A DNA stretch of 32,000 bases, taken from the NCBI RefSeq assembly GCF_000011805.1, contig NC_006841.2; one strand, 5' to 3'. Source of the stretch: Aliivibrio fischeri ES114 (lineage in GTDB: Bacteria > Pseudomonadota > Gammaproteobacteria > Enterobacterales > Vibrionaceae). The notes under the pieces were generated by a model. That model saw only the letters and a program-made list of their open reading frames with translations. It made no database searches and had not been told where the DNA came from. The translations under genes and the position numbers were made by a program. This document shows, in pieces, positions 26,865 to 32,000 of this stretch. Within the stretch, counting starts at the first letter, position 1. Each line of letters starts with the position of its first letter.

Positions 26865-28994
26865 CTAGGATTTACAGTGTAAATTGCACAATAAGATTCT
26901 AATTGCTGAGCGCATTTCAGTTTCGGCTTCTCCTCTTCCTGAAACCTTTGAAAGAGAAATGCTAGTTTTCCAATCTTGTAATTGAAGAATCTTAGATACC
27001 ACTAATACTTGGTGCGTTGCATTTAGAGTTAACAGAAGTGATATAGACGACAATAAAAAATGTCTGAGTTCATACTGAATCATCTCAACGCCTAACCCAC
27101 CGTTAGAATACATTTCAATTCTTTTAATCATTACATCGGCTAACGGCTGTTTCGTATCGATCCCTTTTAATAAACTTAATACTTCAGAAACATCAAGTTC
27201 ATTAAAAACACTTAGTAATTGCTCAGGTAAAGCCATAGCAAAATAATCTTTACCAAGAGGTAGCCATTCGATAGCATTTTTGGATAAAGGCAATACTGCC
27301 AGTAACGAGTGGCTTCCGCTCGCTTTATCCTTAGAAATACCTAATCGCATAAAACTAAAATCTAAGCTCAACCAAAATTCATTCAATCCAGGAGTGGAAC
27401 CAAAACTCGTGCTTAAGTAATCAATACCCAAATCACAATAGAACGCTTTAATATACTCAATGAATTTAGAACCAAGATGCATACGTTGATAATGTTGCTC
27501 AACCGCAATTCTCATAATACGAATACAAGATTGTTGAGCGGGTTCGTTAATGCATAATGTTTGTGTTAACGAGACAGGAACTAAATGTCCTCTAGGTCTT
27601 CTTTTGCCAACTTGAATATCAGCAATAAGCTCGTTATCTAACTGACCTTCCAAAGAAACTAATGCGCATGTAAGTACATTTCTAGACGACTTATCTATAC
27701 CAGCCCAACAAAAAAGACTGGGATCAGATAATAGAGCCAACCAATCATTAGGTGATGTTTGATAGTGAGCTGACACTAATAACGAAAAAATAGATTGTGC
27801 TAATTCTGGATCCGTTAATAAATCACTTACATTCAAGCGAACAAATTCGACATCCTCTCGGCTAATATCCAGTTGCTTATTACTCGACACTTTGTGATCT
27901 AATAAAAAAACAGAAGATAACCAATTTTCTAATGGATCGAGTTCAGACCAGCGAATAGGTTGTATCATTTCCACAGAATGAAAGTTTGGGCGTAGCAGAG
28001 CAAGTTGCTTTTTGAACTTTATTTCGAATCCTCTACCAGTCCCTTCATAACCATTAATTGTGGTAGAAAAAACCAGACGAGAATAACGCTCAGTTAATGC
28101 CAATAACATCGGTGCAGGAATAGCTGCCGCTTCATCGATACATAACAAATCTAATGAATAAGAATCACGTATTAATTCATCCGGAGCAAAATACGTAACC
28201 GTTGAGCCATTTATAGTTAAGGTGTTTTTTTCTTGTTTAAATGGCATTCCTAATTTTTTTGCCACACTTGCAGCATGACCGAAAACTTCATTGATATTCA
28301 CGCGTAGTGGTGCCGTAATACCAATAACCAATTTTTTATCACGAACAAGCTCAGCGATAGCGATACCTATTGCTGAAGATTTTCCTCGTCCACGATCAGC
28401 GGTGATAATTAATGGTCTCTTAGCGTGGCCAGTAATCACTCTTTGTATACTTAACACGGCATGCTTTTGATCGATAGAACGATATAGTTCATCTAATTTA
28501 TCTGTCTGAGTAAAAGACGACGTTAACTTTTTTTCTGTTGGCACCTGCGGTAGTAACGGCAAAGGAGCATTTTCTGAAATAACGAGCATCTGCTTTTTAA
28601 AGTGTGTTAACCAACGTTCAATATTACGATGCAAAGATGAGTCTTCAGAGCGAATAAAAAAAACTAATCCCCCACCAACAAGTGTTCCACAAACTGCATT
28701 TATTGCATTCGCATTAAACTCATGAGAAATATCAATCACCAAACAATGTGTTTCTTGTCCTAACTTTTTCAGTGCAGTTTTCATTTCTAAGCTAGGTAAT
28801 TCACCAATAGAGAGGTTACCGTAAACCTCAATATCAGAATCTAGATATTCAGAATGAGCAATATACTCTTTAATGATTTCTTCGCTCCAACCGATAGAAC
28901 CTTCTAAAAGAATTGGATATCGAATAAAACCGCTCGCTGCATAAGCAGAAACTGTTTTCAAAAAAGATAAAACTTGAGGCATGGGAAGATCCAT
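26865..28994 (-). CDS. tmcA: tRNA(Met) cytidine acetyltransferase TmcA (helicase-like ATPase plus GNAT domain)
   Basis: 709 aa. Walker A ADRGRGKSSAIG, DEAA box (LLCIDEAAAIP), STTINGYEGTGRGF, and a C-terminal GNAT-like region (RIMRIAVEQHYQRMHLGSKF). No clear SD, so the start (28994 or the Met four codons later) is uncertain. Confidence 0.8.
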   Translation of the reverse strand: MDLPMPQVLSFLKTVSAYAASGFIRYPILLEGSIGWSEEIIKEYIAHSEYLDSDIEVYGNLSIGELPSLEMKTALKKLGQETHCLVIDISHEFNANAINAVCGTLVGGGLVFFIRSEDSSLHRNIERWLTHFKKQMLVISENAPLPLLPQVPTEKKLTSSFTQTDKLDELYRSIDQKHAVLSIQRVITGHAKRPLIITADRGRGKSSAIGIAIAELVRDKKLVIGITAPLRVNINEVFGHAASVAKKLGMPFKQEKNTLTINGSTVTYFAPDELIRDSYSLDLLCIDEAAAIPAPMLLALTERYSRLVFSTTINGYEGTGRGFEIKFKKQLALLRPNFHSVEMIQPIRWSELDPLENWLSSVFLLDHKVSSNKQLDISREDVEFVRLNVSDLLTDPELAQSIFSLLVSAHYQTSPNDWLALLSDPSLFCWAGIDKSSRNVLTCALVSLEGQLDNELIADIQVGKRRPRGHLVPVSLTQTLCINEPAQQSCIRIMRIAVEQHYQRMHLGSKFIEYIKAFYCDLGIDYLSTSFGSTPGLNEFWLSLDFSFMRLGISKDKASGSHSLLAVLPLSKNAIEWLPLGKDYFAMALPEQLLSVFNELDVSEVLSLLKGIDTKQPLADVMIKRIEMYSNGGLGVEMIQYELRHFLLSSISLLLTLNATHQVLVVSKILQLQDWKTSISLSKVSGRGEAETEMRSAIRILLCNLHCKS
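26870..26884. other. Candidate parS2 centromere-like site 3 (ATTTACAGTGTAAAT), inside the last codons of tmcA
   Basis: Identical to site 1 and 39 bp from site 2. It encodes the tmcA C-terminus ...CNLHCKS on the minus strand. Confidence 0.65.
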
Positions 28995-29063
28995 TTACGA
29001 GAGATAAAAACCTTTGAATTGTAGCATGAGATACAAAGTTTCCTTTAATTAAGAAAAGAAAGT

Positions 29064-29093
29064 ATGACGAGAGTTTATTTGAAAAGGTATAAT
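29064..29093 (+). promoter_or_regulatory. Possible sigma70 promoter for the 190-aa gene
   Basis: ATGACG (29064-29069), an 18-nt spacer, then a perfect TATAAT (29088-29093), about 40 nt upstream of the ATG at 29133. The -35 element is weak. Confidence 0.3.
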
Positions 29094-29132
29094 AACCACC
29101 TCATTTATGACTTCATCATTTAGGAAATAAAC

Positions 29133-29705
29133 ATGCATTTAAGTCAATTAACTCCAGCGGTTTACCAAAAGCTTTATCAAGATATCGAACAGTTCAGAAG
29201 TACCTTTGACTTAGCTGTTGATTCACCTGAATCACTAGATGAAAAAAATGATCTATTACATACATCTCTAGCTATTGAAGAGTTAACTGAACTTGCTGAA
29301 GCGGATAGTAAAATTGAACAAGCGGATGCTATTGTTGATACGGTTTATGTATTAATGGGAAGAGCTGTTCACCTTGGAACAAAGAATATAGAAGATAATC
29401 TAAGTATTTCGTACCTAGTAGATTTACTTCTAAACGTTGCTAAAAATCTGAATATTGAATTTATTCCATGTTGGGATGAAGTTCATTCAAGCAACATGAG
29501 CAAAGTATGTAAAACTGAAGATGAATACCAAGCAACAAAAGCCTTCTATGCAGAGCAAGGCATTGAACTAATGTCGACAGAAAAAGGCGGCTTTATTATC
29601 GCGAAATGCGCAAAAAATGTAGAACTAGAAAATAAAGTAATTAAACAGGGTAAAGTTCTTAAATCAGTAAATTACCGACCTGCTGATTTAGCACCACTGG
29701 TTTAA
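29133..29705 (+). CDS. Small all-alpha protein, probably a MazG-like nucleotide pyrophosphohydrolase-fold protein (family often annotated as Cof-like phosphohydrolase)
   Basis: SD AGGAA upstream. Acidic helix pair LAIEELTELAEADSKIEQADAIVDTVYVLMG resembles the metal-binding EXXE...EXXD helices of MazG-like enzymes. The assignment rests on pattern memory only. Confidence 0.4.
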   Translation: MHLSQLTPAVYQKLYQDIEQFRSTFDLAVDSPESLDEKNDLLHTSLAIEELTELAEADSKIEQADAIVDTVYVLMGRAVHLGTKNIEDNLSISYLVDLLLNVAKNLNIEFIPCWDEVHSSNMSKVCKTEDEYQATKAFYAEQGIELMSTEKGGFIIAKCAKNVELENKVIKQGKVLKSVNYRPADLAPLV

Positions 29706-29717
29706 TGCTTTCTTAGA

Positions 29718-29760
29718 TAAAAAAAGAGCCTGATTTAATGATTAAATCAGGCTCTTTTTA
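29718..29760. terminator. Bidirectional rho-independent terminator (190-aa gene / parB convergent pair)
   Basis: A-run, then a 14-bp perfect inverted repeat GAGCCTGATTTAAT (29726-29739) / ATTAAATCAGGCTC (29741-29754), then TTTTT. Confidence 0.8.
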
Positions 29761-29778
29761 TTATTTAATAAATACTAG

Positions 29779-30753
29779 TTACGATACTTTTTGACTAATG
29801 TATTCAAGAATATCTTCCATCAAAGCATCATCAACTTTTTTCAAACTTAACGTTAAGCCAGAGCCTTTACGTTTATAAGAAGCACGCCCTTTTACTAATT
29901 CAGTCGTTAACGATTTTGCTGGTTCTTTTTTCGGTAATAGATCTTCAATCCATACTTCAATCAGCTCTGTTACTTCTTTAGTCATTCGACTAACACCAAG
30001 AGCCGTAGAACGCGTCCAGGCAGCTCCTTGTTCACCAGCACATTGCTTTAATAAGGTTTTCTGCTCTTCTTCTGAGAGGGCGTTATAGAGCTTATGAAGC
30101 TTAACTACAGTTGGACGACCTATTTCACTTACGCTTGGGTAAGCTTGTAGTAATTCCAATGGTAAAGTCGCTGCTTTTAGAGCTCCACTGACTAAAGCTT
30201 CACTGCATTGGCATACTTTTGCTAATTCTTTTTGATCGGCAACATCACCACGAGAAAGCATTGCCTGCATTTCTTTACCACGTTCATATAATGAAAGTGG
30301 TTTATGAGCATTGGCAACATCTGATAAGAATTTGGCATGTTTTGTATTAATACCTTCGGCAACATAGATTAAGAAATCTTGCTCAGCCAAAATACATGAC
30401 ATACGACGACGGCTACCATCAAGAACTTCAATCTTGCCGCCTTCAACTACACGACCAACAGCTGGATATTGCTGACCACGATCACGTAATGTAGATAAGA
30501 TATCTGATAGTGCATGCTCAGTTAAAAAAGACTGTTCACGAGCATTTTCAGCAAAGACTACCGTTGATGAACTCACATCTTTAGCAGGAATTTTACGTAA
30601 CTCAAACGTCACTAAATCTTCACCGGCAACAGCTAATTCAATAACTTGAGCTTGTGATTTAGCTGCTTTTTGTGCTTCGACAGGAGTTGTCGCACGGCGC
30701 TTATTAGTTTTACCAAATAATTTTGCGTTTAAGTCAGAAGTTTTAATCGCCAT
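29779..30753 (-). CDS. parB: ParB-family partition protein, chromosome-II/plasmid type (ParB2-like)
   Basis: 324 aa. ParB N-terminal box (IEVLDGSRRRMSCIL) and an HTH region (DQKELAKVCQCSEALVSGALKAA). SD GGGGAG upstream. It starts 3 nt after the parA stop. Confidence 0.85.
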   Translation of the reverse strand: MAIKTSDLNAKLFGKTNKRRATTPVEAQKAAKSQAQVIELAVAGEDLVTFELRKIPAKDVSSSTVVFAENAREQSFLTEHALSDILSTLRDRGQQYPAVGRVVEGGKIEVLDGSRRRMSCILAEQDFLIYVAEGINTKHAKFLSDVANAHKPLSLYERGKEMQAMLSRGDVADQKELAKVCQCSEALVSGALKAATLPLELLQAYPSVSEIGRPTVVKLHKLYNALSEEEQKTLLKQCAGEQGAAWTRSTALGVSRMTKEVTELIEVWIEDLLPKKEPAKSLTTELVKGRASYKRKGSGLTLSLKKVDDALMEDILEYISQKVS

Positions 30754-30756
30754 GAA

Positions 30757-31992
30757 TTAGTACTCCCCTTTATTTAATGAATTCCAGTGACTGTGTAATA
30801 CGCGTTCAAACTCTAATGCACTTTTCTTAACAGCATCTTGAGCTACAGCAAGTGTCTTCTTACCACCTTCAAAATCAGCGGCAGTTAAGTCAAATACGGT
30901 GCTGTATGTATCTGCACAAATCTCAAATGCTCGGCTTCTTGGGATGGTCGCCATCATAACTTGATCAGCCAATAAATAATTCATTTCCGTTAACACAGAA
31001 ACTTGTTTTTTATTGTCATCTTCAAACATAGTTGGCATTAAACGAACAAACTCTAAACCATGCCAGTCTTCAGGGAACATTTCATAAACTGTTGGTAGAT
31101 GTTGGAAAAAGTTAACCGTTGAAGCCCAGTCTAAACGTTTTGCAGCACATGGAATTAATAATGAATTCGATGCGTACATTGCATTCCAAACTAATGGGTC
31201 TACGTGAGGACCGGTATCTATCATAATGACATCAAACTGATCAGCAATTGGATCAATCACTTTTTCTTTCAATAATTTAACGATATCTAGAGAACCATTT
31301 GTTGATAAATCTTGCCATGCTTCAGCATTAAACATCGCATCTTCAGGGAAAGCTGAAATCGTTTTTAAATTTGGATATTGCGTGTTTAAAAGCACATTTT
31401 TAGCCATGAACTCGCCATCAATAACCTCACCTTCAGGTACATTATCTAACATAATATCTACAGCAGAATAGATAGTGTCTTGCTCTGACACACTGATCTG
31501 AGGGTTTAAAAATAGACGAAGTGAGCCTTGAGGGTCTAAATCGATTAGACAGATACGGTATCTTTTTTCCAGGTTTAACGCTAAACATGCAGCCAAATGT
31601 ACAGCTGTCATTGATTTACCAGTACCACCTTTTTGGTTCTGAACATTAACCACCCAAGGTTTATTGTTAGCATTTTTCTTCTGCTCATGAAATGTTGGAA
31701 CGCCTGCTGCGTCCATTAACATATGCGCTTCAGTCAAAGAAATTGAATAATGATTTGCATTATTTTTTGTAAATTGATGACCTTCAGATTCTAAACGAGT
31801 AATCGCTTCATCTAACTTACGTCTTGTTAAACCAGAACGAGTTTCCATCATTGCTTTCGACATTGGAGGGAAGTGTTCATTGTTTCTTTCTTCAAGTACT
31901 AACTCAATACGATCAGATTGAACTTGCTGAGTTTGTTCTGCCAATGCAGCTAAATTGGCAATGGTTTGTTCTCTATTCATTATATTCGCCAT
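30757..31992 (-). CDS. parA: ParA-family partition ATPase, type Ia (long N-terminal extension), chromosome-II type (ParA2-like)
   Basis: 411 aa. Deviant Walker A NQKGGTGKSMTAVHLA after a ~110-aa N-terminal extension, and Walker B-like VIMIDTGP. The start is either 31992 or the ATG at 31980. The upstream region is cut by the window edge. Confidence 0.85.
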   Translation of the reverse strand: MANIMNREQTIANLAALAEQTQQVQSDRIELVLEERNNEHFPPMSKAMMETRSGLTRRKLDEAITRLESEGHQFTKNNANHYSISLTEAHMLMDAAGVPTFHEQKKNANNKPWVVNVQNQKGGTGKSMTAVHLAACLALNLEKRYRICLIDLDPQGSLRLFLNPQISVSEQDTIYSAVDIMLDNVPEGEVIDGEFMAKNVLLNTQYPNLKTISAFPEDAMFNAEAWQDLSTNGSLDIVKLLKEKVIDPIADQFDVIMIDTGPHVDPLVWNAMYASNSLLIPCAAKRLDWASTVNFFQHLPTVYEMFPEDWHGLEFVRLMPTMFEDDNKKQVSVLTEMNYLLADQVMMATIPRSRAFEICADTYSTVFDLTAADFEGGKKTLAVAQDAVKKSALEFERVLHSHWNSLNKGEY

Positions 31993-32000
31993 CAGTATTA

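Noticed and set aside
26795-26884. Alternative reading of the TTTACA/TGTAAA palindromes as TyrR boxes or as a tmcA terminator hairpin
   Set aside because: TyrR boxes are TGTAAA-N6-TTTACA, the opposite half-site order and spacing to the TTTACA-N1-TGTAAA seen here. No T-run follows the hairpins. One copy lies upstream of the tmcA stop. A ParB2-type parS next to a parAB2-type operon explains the pattern better.
1-32000. Search for mobile elements, integrases, tRNA/rRNA genes or defence-system genes flanking the adhesin island
   Set aside because: No transposase or integrase-like ORF, no terminal inverted repeats, no tRNA-like sequence and no recognisable defence gene were found. The island is bounded by housekeeping genes (pdxH, tmcA), so I cannot support horizontal-transfer or defence-island claims from this window.

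Overview
AT-rich gammaproteobacterial sequence, most consistent with the secondary chromosome (chromosome II) of a Vibrionaceae species, possibly Aliivibrio-like. That assignment is inferred from gene content and a plasmid-type parAB operon, not from any search. The left 6 kb holds housekeeping and accessory genes: the 3' part of a RecQ-family helicase, a FapA/DUF342 protein, a divergent Bcr/CflA MFS exporter and LysR regulator pair, and pdxH. The centre (6.2-26.7 kb) is one functional island, a complete Lap/Bpf-type c-di-GMP-controlled adhesin system. It contains an 11.8-kb gene for a 3933-aa cysteine-free RTX adhesin with an N-terminal retention module, a PAAG LapG-type cleavage motif, 7 x 113-aa and 15 x ~85-aa tandem repeats, a VWA domain and a C-terminal RTX/T1SS signal. 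A divergent TolC-type gene and a translationally coupled OmpA-like lipoprotein gene follow. A tightly packed minus-strand operon then encodes HlyD-type MFP (lapC), the periplasmic protease LapG, the degenerate GGDEF-EAL receptor LapD and the ABC exporter (lapB). The right end carries tmcA, a small MazG-like ORF and a parB-parA operon of the chromosome-II type. The best non-coding signal is three copies of the 15-bp palindrome ATTTACA(G/C)TGTAAAT at 26795-26884. They match the ParB2 centromere (parS2) consensus as I remember it, lie between tmcA and the lapC operon, and overlap the tmcA stop. Within the adhesin gene there is a by-eye perfect 678-bp tandem duplication and a ~490-bp near-identical segmental duplication 2.8 kb apart. 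I see no rRNA, tRNA, CRISPR, transposase or integrase. The Lap system belongs to a described class, so the points of interest here are its operon layout, its repeat dynamics and its juxtaposition with the partition sites, not a wholly new system.
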